Source: an uncultured Bacteroidota bacterium (GTDB lineage Bacteria > Bacteroidota > Bacteroidia > UKL13-3). Taken from it: 33,076 bases of DNA. How positions within the stretch are numbered: the first letter of the stretch is position 1; each line of letters opens with the position of its first letter. The notes beneath the pieces were generated by a model. The model was not told where the DNA came from. It did no database searches and saw only the letters and a program-made list of their open reading frames with translations. The translations under genes and the position numbers were made by a program. Positions 18,860 through 27,713 of the stretch are shown piece by piece. Where the stretch lies: the NCBI GenBank assembly GCA_903888395.1, contig CAISTO010000257.1:1-33076 (forward strand), given 5' to 3'.

Positions 18860-21800
18860 TTAGAAATTTAATTTTAAACTAAAAATAAGTGATTTAGTAC
18901 CAGGGTTTGTAAAGTAATCTAAACCTCTGCCATTAGATGTACCAGTTAAATTTAATTCAGGATCTACACCAGGGAATTCAGTCCATAACAATAAGTTTCT
19001 TCCTGTAAATCCTACGCTTGCTCCAGGGATGTGAAGTTTGCTTAACACTGCTTTAGGCAATTTATAATTAACGCTTAATTCACGTAATCTGAACCAAGAA
19101 GCATCTCTAATATAATCTTGTGAAACTGAACCAAATCCTCCACCTAAACCAGTGTACCAGCTTTCATCAAGTAATACTTTTCCTCCACCATAGTCAGCAA
19201 TGTTTCCTCTAATAGTATAACTACCATCAGTATTTGCAGTAGCAAGTTGGCTAATAGTTTGCCCTCTATAGTTTTTAATAGTAGCGGCTTCATCGGCAGT
19301 AACAGTAACTTCATTGGCAGTTTCAGGAGTAACCCCAAAATTATTTAACACACCATAAGTACCAGCCCACATTTGTCCACCTTGTGAAGTTTCAAATAAA
19401 ATATTTACATCAAAACCTTTCCAAGAAATAACACTTCCAATACCAGCACGGTATTTAGCATTTGGATCGCCCAAAACACCTTCGGTAGCAGCAGCTTTTT
19501 TGAAGCCATTGCCATCAAGTGCAAAAGAACCATCAGCATTTGTTTCCCATTTACCACCCCAGAAAACGCCTAGTGCTTGTCCAGCAACTGCTCTAGATGA
19601 AGTTCCTGTGAAACCAGCTAAGAAAATAGAATTTACGCCACTAATATCGTCTACATTGTTTTTATTTGAACTTACATTTCCATAAACGCTTAAAGTTAAT
19701 TTTGAATTATCAATAACTTTAAAGTTCAATTCAGCTTCCCATCCTCTATTAGAAATTGTTGCAGCATTATCCCATTTACTAGTAAACCCAGATGATGCAG
19801 GAACATCAACAGCAAAAATGGCACCTGTAGTTTTATTTTGATAATAAGTAGCTGATAAACCAATTCTGTTTTTCAAGAATTTTAAATCAGTTCCAATTTC
19901 AAATTCTGTTTTTTGCTCAGGTTTAATATTTGGATTTCCTTGAATTGAACTTCTATAAATAGAACCTCCAAATTGAGAACCGTCTAAAGTTTCGCCCCAT
20001 CCAGATGCTGATGAAGAATTAATATAATTAGTATTCCAAATATAAGCAGGTGGCTCTACACCAACTAATCCAGCCGAAGCTCTTAATTTACCATAACTTA
20101 AAACCTTATTGTTTTGAAGAATGTCTTTGGTAAATTCATAAGCTAAAGTAGCACTTGGATAATAAAATCTGCCTTTAAAAGTACTTGCTGCTTCTGAAGC
20201 TGCAGTTAATTGTAAAAACACTTTATCTTGATAATCGATATCAGCAATACCATAAACTCTATTATTTTCTAAGTTTTCAACGCTGTTAAATGGATTCATA
20301 TTAGCGGTGGTATAATTAATAAAAGCATTTCTATCTTGATTATTCAAAATAAATTGGCTAGCAGAACCACCAATAGTATAATAACTGCGGTTAGTATATA
20401 AAAATCCAACAGTAGTATTAATACTTAAATCCTTATTTACTTCAAAAGAATTTTTGTTATAAGCATGGAAACTAATTTCACTTTGTTTTAAAAACTGATC
20501 TGTAAATGCACCATTTGAAGCACTAGCAGCCGACAAATAAGGGAAATAAGTAATACGTCTATCGTTTGAAATATCGTATCCAGTTCTTACTGTTAAAATT
20601 GATTTCTTAGCCCATTCCCAACTTGCTTCAGGAGTAATAATTACACGTGTTACATCGCTAGTATTTGTTTGTTTGTTCAAAGTCCAACCTGGATTATTAT
20701 AAGTTGGTGCTGCACTTCCCATATAATTGCGGTATCCTCTATGTGAATTAAATACAGGAATTCCCGCTGCATTATAGTAGGTACCAATATAATCGGTATT
20801 ATTAAAATCGGGAGCAGTTCTTAAATATCCTAAATATAATCCATCTAAGTTTGAACCTTGTTGAATTCTATTAGAGAATATTTTTGATAAAAAAGTATTC
20901 AATGAAAATTTAAATTTATCATTTAAATTGTGAGTATAGTTTAAACGGCCAGTTGTTCTTCTGTAATCAGAATTTCCATTTAAAATACCTTGTTGGTTCC
21001 AATCAGACAAATTAAAATAGATAGCACTTTTTTCGTTACCAGATGAAATAGAAATATTGTTATTATAAGTAACACCTGTTCTAAATACTTGATCTCTGTT
21101 TGCAGTATTATATTCTTTATTATCTCCTTTTTTAAGAATTGGGTTGTAAACAGTTCCGTTTTCAGCCACAAATTTTGGTCCGCTTAAATTTAAAGAATCA
21201 GCTCCTGAACGTAAAGCAATTTTATCGCCCCAACTTCCACCAGCATTAGCTTTCCATTTTCCGCCAGTACCTTGTCCATAAGTACCTTGTTTTTCATATT
21301 CTTTATTAATAAAATCAAGCGCTAAAGAAGAGCTAACTTCTACATTGATATTGTTTTTTTTGCTACTTCTTGAACCTCTTTTTGTAGTAACAATAATAAC
21401 ACCATTTGAAGCTCTTGTTCCCCAAACAGCGGCAGCAGCAGCACCTTTTAGCACTTCCACATTTGCAATGTCTTCAGGGTTAATGTCATTTAAGCGGGAT
21501 TGTTGAACCACTCCGTCAACACCTCCACCAATACTTGAATTACTCATTGGCACACCATCAATAACAATGAGCGGTTGTAAATTACCAGTAATGGTACTTT
21601 GACCTCTAATTTGAATAAATGCACCAGCACCCGGATCACCAGAATTTTTGGTAATTGCTAAGTTTGAAACTTTACCCGACAAACCTTGAATTACACCAGA
21701 TTCACCAGATGAAGCAACTGATTTTCCTTGAATTTGAGAAGTGGAATAACCAATTTTACGCAAACTTTTTTGTTCACCAATGGCAGTTACCCTTACTTCA

Positions 21801-22114
21801 TCAAGCATTAATGGATCTTTTACAAGAGTAATGTTTAAACCAGTAGTAGGTGAATTTTGGTCTACAACAATTTCTTTAACTGTCATACCCAAAAAGCGGA
21901 TTTTCAAAGTAGCCCCAGCTTCAGGAATATTTATACTGAATTTACCATTTTCATCGGTGGTAGTTCCAGTAGTAGATCCTTTAACGGCTACTGTAGCGCC
22001 AATAATTGGTTCGCTACCATCAGTCACAAGGCCTGTTACAGTCCTATTTTGTGACCAAACTGTTAGTATGGAAATCATCCATACAAACAAAAAACTTAAC
22101 AATTTTCTCTTCAT
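18860..22114 (-). CDS. SusC/RagA family TonB-dependent transporter
   Basis: Carboxypeptidase-like N-domain, plug 'PLIVIDGVP...DINPEDIANVEVLKGAAAAAVWGTRASNGVIIVTTKRG', 'GNPNIKPE', 'DASWFRLRE' and a terminal Phe. Confidence 0.96.
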   Translation of the reverse strand: MKRKLLSFLFVWMISILTVWSQNRTVTGLVTDGSEPIIGATVAVKGSTTGTTTDENGKFSINIPEAGATLKIRFLGMTVKEIVVDQNSPTTGLNITLVKDPLMLDEVRVTAIGEQKSLRKIGYSTSQIQGKSVASSGESGVIQGLSGKVSNLAITKNSGDPGAGAFIQIRGQSTITGNLQPLIVIDGVPMSNSSIGGGVDGVVQQSRLNDINPEDIANVEVLKGAAAAAVWGTRASNGVIIVTTKRGSRSSKKNNINVEVSSSLALDFINKEYEKQGTYGQGTGGKWKANAGGSWGDKIALRSGADSLNLSGPKFVAENGTVYNPILKKGDNKEYNTANRDQVFRTGVTYNNNISISSGNEKSAIYFNLSDWNQQGILNGNSDYRRTTGRLNYTHNLNDKFKFSLNTFLSKIFSNRIQQGSNLDGLYLGYLRTAPDFNNTDYIGTYYNAAGIPVFNSHRGYRNYMGSAAPTYNNPGWTLNKQTNTSDVTRVIITPEASWEWAKKSILTVRTGYDISNDRRITYFPYLSAASASNGAFTDQFLKQSEISFHAYNKNSFEVNKDLSINTTVGFLYTNRSYYTIGGSASQFILNNQDRNAFINYTTANMNPFNSVENLENNRVYGIADIDYQDKVFLQLTAASEAASTFKGRFYYPSATLAYEFTKDILQNNKVLSYGKLRASAGLVGVEPPAYIWNTNYINSSSASGWGETLDGSQFGGSIYRSSIQGNPNIKPEQKTEFEIGTDLKFLKNRIGLSATYYQNKTTGAIFAVDVPASSGFTSKWDNAATISNRGWEAELNFKVIDNSKLTLSVYGNVSSNKNNVDDISGVNSIFLAGFTGTSSRAVAGQALGVFWGGKWETNADGSFALDGNGFKKAAATEGVLGDPNAKYRAGIGSVISWKGFDVNILFETSQGGQMWAGTYGVLNNFGVTPETANEVTVTADEAATIKNYRGQTISQLATANTDGSYTIRGNIADYGGGKVLLDESWYTGLGGGFGSVSQDYIRDASWFRLRELSVNYKLPKAVLSKLHIPGASVGFTGRNLLLWTEFPGVDPELNLTGTSNGRGLDYFTNPGTKSLIFSLKLNF

Positions 22115-22558
22115 ATTTTTTTAAATTATCAAAATTCAAATTGGAAAACTTATAGCACAAATACTATAAAAAAAATTAAAAATTTAAAATGATTATGATT
22201 TTCAGGCAATTAAAAAATCCACTTTTCCACTTATCATAAATATATTTCTCAAAAATCAAGATTTTTAGCACCCTTCATTTTGACCAAAGCCTATTTTTTT
22301 TATAAATTTTATCATAAGTTTTTAATGTTTAACATTAACATAATATGATTTTTTTCCAAACTACTTCATCAGGTGTATTTTAGTATAAATATTTTAGCAT
22401 TTTTAATTGATAATTTTTTTCTTTTTTATTTAAATGTTATCAAGTATTATTTAATTATAAAATATGAAAAATTGTTTCAAACATTGTATTTGCTTAATGT
22501 TGTAATCTTTATAATTAAGTTTATAAGTTTAATTTTAAAAATAATTCAAAGTATAATC

Positions 22559-22855
22559 ATGATCGAATTTGCCAATAAGTTAGAAGATTACCGAAACCAA
22601 CTTTCACATTTAGACAATAAAATTATTGAATTATTGAGCCAAAGGGCTTTGATATCGAAAGAAATTGGAATTTTAAAAACAAATAATAAAATTGAAATTT
22701 ATCAAAATGATTTTTGGGAAAAATCGCAATTAATTAGAAGTAAAACTATTGAATCTACTAGTTTGAATGGTGCTATTTCGAATCAAATTTTTGATTTAAT
22801 ACACCAACAATCATTGCTAATTCAAGAAGACATTTTAAAACAAAAAAATGCATAA
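22559..22855 (+). CDS. Chorismate mutase type II (AroQ)-like protein
   Basis: 98 aa from ATG 22559: 'LEDYRNQLSHLDNKIIELLSQR...IGILK...IYQ...IHQQSLLIQ'. The upstream extension in the ORF track is AT-rich noise. Confidence 0.8.
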   Translation: MIEFANKLEDYRNQLSHLDNKIIELLSQRALISKEIGILKTNNKIEIYQNDFWEKSQLIRSKTIESTSLNGAISNQIFDLIHQQSLLIQEDILKQKNA

Positions 22856-24089
22856 TAATTTGGAATTACTTTCTCCCGCAGGTTCTTACGAATCGTTGAT
22901 GGCGGCTATTCATGCTGGCTGTAATTCAATATATTTTGGAATAGAACAACTGAATATGCGTGCGCGTTCAAATATCAATTTTACCATTGAAGACTTAGGA
23001 AAGATTTCAAAAATTTGTAAGGAAAATAATATCAAATCGTATTTAACTTTAAATACCGTTGTTTTTGATCACGATATTTCGTTAATGAAACGAATTGTAG
23101 ATGCCGCTAAAGCAAATGGCATTAGCGCAATCATAGCAACAGATTTGTCGGTTTTGAATTATGCCAAAAAAGTGCAAATGAATGTTCATATTTCTACCCA
23201 ATCAAATATCACAAATATTGACACCGTTGAATTTTTCTCTGTTTATTCCGATGTAATGGTTTTGGCGCGAGAACTTAGTTTAACGCAAGTAGGTGAAATT
23301 ACCAATGAAATAAAAAGACGTGATATTACTGGACCTTCGGGTGAGTTAGTAAAAATTGAAATATTTGGTCACGGAGCATTGTGCATGGCAGTTTCGGGTA
23401 AATGTTATTTAAGTTTACATTCTAATTATGCCTCGGCAAATAGAGGTGCTTGTATTCAAAATTGCCGCAAAAGTTATGTAGTAATTGACAAAGAAGATGG
23501 CGTGGAATTAGAAATTGACAACGAATATATTATGTCGGCTAAGGATTTATGCACCATTGATTTTATGGATCAAATTATTCAGTCAGGAGTTGCTGTATTA
23601 AAAATTGAGGGTAGAGGAAGAAGTGCTGATTATGTTTCTACTGTTACCAAATGCTACCGTGAGGCCATTGATTCGTACTATAATAACTCATTTACAAATG
23701 AAAAAATAGTAGCATGGAGAAACCAATTATCTACAGTTTATAACAGAGGTTTTTGGGATGGATATTATCTTGGAAAAACAATGGGTGAATGGAGCAATGA
23801 ATATGGTTCAAAAGCTACCAAACGAAAGGTAATGATCGGCAAGGGAATTCGGTATTTTAAAGAAGCTAAAGTGGGCGAATTCCAGTTAGAAGCTCAAACA
23901 CTTTCTGTAGGTGATGAAATTTTAATTACTGGTCCAACTACCGGTGTGGTTCAAACTTTTGTAAAAGAAATGCGTTTGGATAATATCAATATCATTAAAG
24001 TAAATAAAGGAGATTCGTTTACCATTCAATTAGATGAATTGATAAGACCATCAGACAAATTATTTAAACTGGTTCCCACCAATGATTAG
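22848..24089 (+). CDS. Peptidase U32 family Fe-S protein, TrhP-like
   Basis: 'ELLSPAGS', 'LARELSL', Cys cluster 'EIFGHGALCMAVSGKCYLS...NRGACIQNCR', 'KDLC', 'LKIEGR' and a short beta-barrel C-domain. It has no long RlhA-type extension. Confidence 0.9.
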   Translation: MHNNLELLSPAGSYESLMAAIHAGCNSIYFGIEQLNMRARSNINFTIEDLGKISKICKENNIKSYLTLNTVVFDHDISLMKRIVDAAKANGISAIIATDLSVLNYAKKVQMNVHISTQSNITNIDTVEFFSVYSDVMVLARELSLTQVGEITNEIKRRDITGPSGELVKIEIFGHGALCMAVSGKCYLSLHSNYASANRGACIQNCRKSYVVIDKEDGVELEIDNEYIMSAKDLCTIDFMDQIIQSGVAVLKIEGRGRSADYVSTVTKCYREAIDSYYNNSFTNEKIVAWRNQLSTVYNRGFWDGYYLGKTMGEWSNEYGSKATKRKVMIGKGIRYFKEAKVGEFQLEAQTLSVGDEILITGPTTGVVQTFVKEMRLDNINIIKVNKGDSFTIQLDELIRPSDKLFKLVPTND

Positions 24090-24309
24090 AATAGTTCAGC
24101 AACGGGCTAAATGTATAGGTTGTAATATATGTGAGGAAGCCGCACCTTACCGCTGGCGAATGTCAAAGAAAGATGGAAAATGCACGTTAATAGGTGGAAC
24201 AGAGAAGAAAGGTTTTTTTTCTATATCTGTTGGCGATGACGAATGGGACGACCAAGTTAAAGCAGCCAAACATTGCCCTGTGAATATTATAAAAATAGGG
24301 AAGTTTTAA
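24082..24309 (+). CDS. Single-cluster ferredoxin
   Basis: CxxCxxC ('CIGCNIC') plus distal 'CP'; 75 aa; 8-bp overlap with the U32 stop. Confidence 0.85.
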   Translation: MIRIVQQRAKCIGCNICEEAAPYRWRMSKKDGKCTLIGGTEKKGFFSISVGDDEWDDQVKAAKHCPVNIIKIGKF

Positions 24310-24313
24310 CTAC

Positions 24314-25747
24314 CTAAAAATACATTTTACAAACAAATATTCCTGCAATTACACAAACAAAATCTACCAAAAGCATAATGCTTAAAGTATAGCGACTGTC
24401 TTTAATATTTACCGAGCCAAAATACAATGCCACTACATAAAAAGTAGTTTCTGCAGCGCCTTGAAACAAGCAAGACAATTGGCCTGTAAGGCTATCGGGG
24501 CCATAAGTTTTCATGGCATCAAGCATAAATCCACGGGAACCGCCTGCGCTAAACGGACGCATAATAGCAACAGGAATGGCATTTATAATTTGAGGATCTA
24601 CTTTAAAAATATTCATTACAGAAGTAATTCCTCCCATTACAATATTCATTAATCCTGAATTGCGAAAAATACTCAATGCCACTAACATGGCAATCATATA
24701 AGGCAACACACGAACTCCAGTTGTAAATCCATCTTTAGCACCGTTTACAAACGAGTCGAAAATATTGGTATTATTGGCTTTAAAAACTTTTTCGTGCAAA
24801 ATTCCGTAGCCAATAATTCCTAAAATGATGAATAATAAAACAGCATTACTTAAGTTGCCAGTAAAATGAAATTTTTCAATTCCATCTAATTTATTTACAT
24901 AAAATAATACTAATCCAATTAGTGCACTTACGGCAGTTACAAATCCTAAAACCACTAAGTTTATCAAATTAATTCTTTGCTTTATACTCACAAATATGAG
25001 TGCTGCCAAGGTTCCTACAAATGAAGTAATAATGGTTGGAAGCATAATATCGGAGGGATTGGTAGCATTTTGCGCAGCTCTGTAACCAATAATAGAAGTT
25101 GGAATTAAAGTTAAGCCTGCTGCATGCAAACACAAAAACATAATTTGACTATTGGAGGCCTTCTCTTTATCGGTATTTACATCCTGCATGCTTTCCATGG
25201 CTTTAAGACCAAAAGGGGTGGCAGCATTGTCTAATCCTAAAAAATTTGCAGCAAAATTCATCGTCATAAAACCATAGGCAGCATGCCCTTTGGGCAATTC
25301 CGGGAAAATACGCGCAAAGAAAGGTGTTAACACTTTTGCCAATTTGGTAATGGCATTGGAGTCGTTTAACAAATGCAATAAACCACAGAAAAAAGTGAGG
25401 TAACCAATTAGTGGCAACCAAATATCAATGATAGTATTTTTACAAGTAACAAATATGCCATCGGCCGATTGTTTGCCTTTGCAAACTTCTACAATTCCAT
25501 TGTCTAATAACTTGTAAACAGTATCGTTTTGGGTAAATCCAGTTGCTTTATTCAACACCATATTTGCATACAAAATAGAATCACTATTTTGAAAAAAAGT
25601 AGCTTGATGCTCCGCAATGACTAAAGCATCGTTTTGCTTTCCGTTAACCATTTGGCCAAGGTTATAAAGCTGATTGCTGCCAAGCATATAAAAAATAAAT
25701 AGGATGCTTAACGCAATGATATAAGACCAAAATCTGCTTAATGCCAT
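24314..25747 (-). CDS. SpmA/SpmB fusion membrane protein (nucleoside-recognition Gate domains)
   Basis: 'ANFLGLDNAATPFGLKAM', 'MRPFSAGGSRG' and 'ETTFYVVALYFGSV'; multiple TM helices. Confidence 0.88.
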   Translation of the reverse strand: MALSRFWSYIIALSILFIFYMLGSNQLYNLGQMVNGKQNDALVIAEHQATFFQNSDSILYANMVLNKATGFTQNDTVYKLLDNGIVEVCKGKQSADGIFVTCKNTIIDIWLPLIGYLTFFCGLLHLLNDSNAITKLAKVLTPFFARIFPELPKGHAAYGFMTMNFAANFLGLDNAATPFGLKAMESMQDVNTDKEKASNSQIMFLCLHAAGLTLIPTSIIGYRAAQNATNPSDIMLPTIITSFVGTLAALIFVSIKQRINLINLVVLGFVTAVSALIGLVLFYVNKLDGIEKFHFTGNLSNAVLLFIILGIIGYGILHEKVFKANNTNIFDSFVNGAKDGFTTGVRVLPYMIAMLVALSIFRNSGLMNIVMGGITSVMNIFKVDPQIINAIPVAIMRPFSAGGSRGFMLDAMKTYGPDSLTGQLSCLFQGAAETTFYVVALYFGSVNIKDSRYTLSIMLLVDFVCVIAGIFVCKMYF

Positions 25748-25870
25748 GTTTTTAATGATGAATGATGAATGTTTGATAAAAAATTAAAGCCGAATGATAG
25801 ATTTTTTATTTTAAATATCTAAAATTTTTTATTCAACAAATGTGATTTATACTTAAATATACATTTGAAA

Positions 25871-27652
25871 TTACTCAATTTTATTTACCTTCAATTTATT
25901 GCGGTAACTAGAAAAAATACTTGATTTTGATACAAAACCAACATATTTACCATTTTTAATTACTGGTAAATTCCATGCGCCTGTTTCATCAAAAAGTTTC
26001 ATCACATTTTCCATACTTTCATTTTCAATGATTATTGCAGGAGCATTCGTCATTAAGTCGCTAACAAATACATTGTCGTAAAGCTCAGTTTTGAACATAA
26101 TTTCTCTAATATTATCTAATAAAATAACGCCAAGAAGCTTGTATTCATTATCAATAACAGGGAAAATATTTCGCTTAGATTTAGCAATTAACTCCACCAT
26201 ATTTCCTAAACTATTGGTAGAATAAATGGTTTGAAAATTAGTTTCTATTAAGTTAGAAGTAGAGATGGTAGCCAATATATTTTGGTCTTTATCGTTGGTA
26301 AAAACATCGCCACTCATGGCCAACTTTTTTACATCCATTGAATAAGGTTCAAAATATTTTGAAATGGCAAAACTGATGGAAGAAACAATCATTAAAGGAA
26401 TCATTAAGTTATAACCACCGGTAATTTCAGCAATTAAAAATATAGCCGTTAATGGAGCATGATATATTCCACTTAAAATTCCTGCCATCCCTACTAAAGT
26501 AAAATTGCTAATGGGTAAATTTGTTAAATTGAGCAGATTTAAAACTTTTGAAAAAAAGTATCCTAAATAAGCTCCCACAAATAACGAAGGCGCGAAATTT
26601 CCCCCATTTCCTCCACTTCCCAAAGTAATGGCGGTAGCTATTGATTTTAAAAAAATCAACATACCAACTGCTGCCAAAACCAACCATTCATTGTTTTGAT
26701 AATTGTGAAAAATACTTCCATCTAAAATATTTTCTGGTTGCAACATTGAAAGCGATTTGATACTTTGATATCCTTCACCAAAAAGTGATGGAAAAATAAA
26801 AATAAGTGCTGCCAGTAATATTCCGCCAATAATTACATTTAAATAAACTTTACTTTTTCTTCTGCTAAAAAGTGCTTCTATTTTCGAAAAAGTGCGAGAG
26901 TGATAAACAGAAATTAAGCCCGCAAATATTCCAAGTATTATATAAAAAGGAACGTTATTATAGTCAAATGGCTGCTGAAGTTGAAATGATAAAAGTATAT
27001 CATCTTGTAAAATTATTTTAGAAATCAATGCGCCAGTTGCTGCCGCAATAATGAGTGGTGTAAAAGCAGAAATACTAATATCAACCAAAAGTACTTCTAA
27101 AGCAAATAAAACACCTGCAATTGGAGCGTTAAAAGTGGCTCCAATTCCTGCGGCTATTCCACATGCTAAAAGTAAAGTTCGCTCATTATAACTTAGTTTA
27201 TATGTTTTTGCATAGTTACTTCCAAAAGCCGCACCTGTAATTACAATTGGCGCTTCTAATCCTGCCGATCCTCCAAAGCCAACCGTTAAAGAACTTGTTA
27301 AAACCTGCGCAAACATTTGCTCTTTTGGCATAAAACTCGATTTTTTAGCTATTCCATAATGTATGTGTGAAAGTCCTTTTTCGATTTTTCCTTTCAGTAA
27401 TTTTTTCACAATATAAACCGTTAAAAAAATGCCAATAATGGGTAAAAAAAGAAATAAATATTTATAGTTTCCTAGCTCTTTGTAGGTAGCCGCTAAATAT
27501 ATAAAATGAACAGCTGTTTTTAAAACAATGGCAGCCAAACCAACCGTTAATCCAACCAACACACTCGATAAAAGTATGAATTGCTTAGCGGAAAGTCGAT
27601 TTTGAATCCATTTTATTACAGATTGTAATTTTTGAACAAGTGTAAATTTCAT
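25871..27652 (-). CDS. ClC family chloride channel/transporter with tandem CBS domains
   Basis: 'GGSAGLEAP', 'FNAPIAGVLFALE', 'GGNFAP', 'APLTAIFLIAEITG' and two C-terminal CBS domains. Confidence 0.93.
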   Translation of the reverse strand: MKFTLVQKLQSVIKWIQNRLSAKQFILLSSVLVGLTVGLAAIVLKTAVHFIYLAATYKELGNYKYLFLFLPIIGIFLTVYIVKKLLKGKIEKGLSHIHYGIAKKSSFMPKEQMFAQVLTSSLTVGFGGSAGLEAPIVITGAAFGSNYAKTYKLSYNERTLLLACGIAAGIGATFNAPIAGVLFALEVLLVDISISAFTPLIIAAATGALISKIILQDDILLSFQLQQPFDYNNVPFYIILGIFAGLISVYHSRTFSKIEALFSRRKSKVYLNVIIGGILLAALIFIFPSLFGEGYQSIKSLSMLQPENILDGSIFHNYQNNEWLVLAAVGMLIFLKSIATAITLGSGGNGGNFAPSLFVGAYLGYFFSKVLNLLNLTNLPISNFTLVGMAGILSGIYHAPLTAIFLIAEITGGYNLMIPLMIVSSISFAISKYFEPYSMDVKKLAMSGDVFTNDKDQNILATISTSNLIETNFQTIYSTNSLGNMVELIAKSKRNIFPVIDNEYKLLGVILLDNIREIMFKTELYDNVFVSDLMTNAPAIIIENESMENVMKLFDETGAWNLPVIKNGKYVGFVSKSSIFSSYRNKLKVNKIE

Positions 27653-27670
27653 GTTTTTATTTTTGCTATC

Positions 27671-27703
27671 AGACCTGACAGGTTTTTAAAACCTGTCAGG
27701 TCT
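27671..27703. repeat. REP palindrome downstream of RAYT
   Basis: agacctgacaggtttt-t-aaaacctgtcaggtct: perfect 16-bp arms, 10 nt beyond the RAYT stop. Confidence 0.92.
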
Positions 27704-27713
27704 TTCGTTACGT

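Noticed and set aside
22373-22558. 62-aa hydrophobic N-terminal extension of chorismate mutase
   Set aside because: Very AT-rich, low-complexity sequence with a GTG start; AroQ similarity begins only after ATG 22559.
22848-24089. Collagenase or protease
   Set aside because: 'Peptidase U32' is a legacy name; the Cys cluster and ferredoxin partner fit an Fe-S hydroxylation protein.
24314-25747. Evidence of sporulation
   Set aside because: SpmAB homologues are widespread in non-sporulating bacteria.
25754-25771. aatgatg heptamer repeat upstream of spmAB
   Set aside because: Only about 2.5 copies in AT-rich DNA, which is expected by chance.
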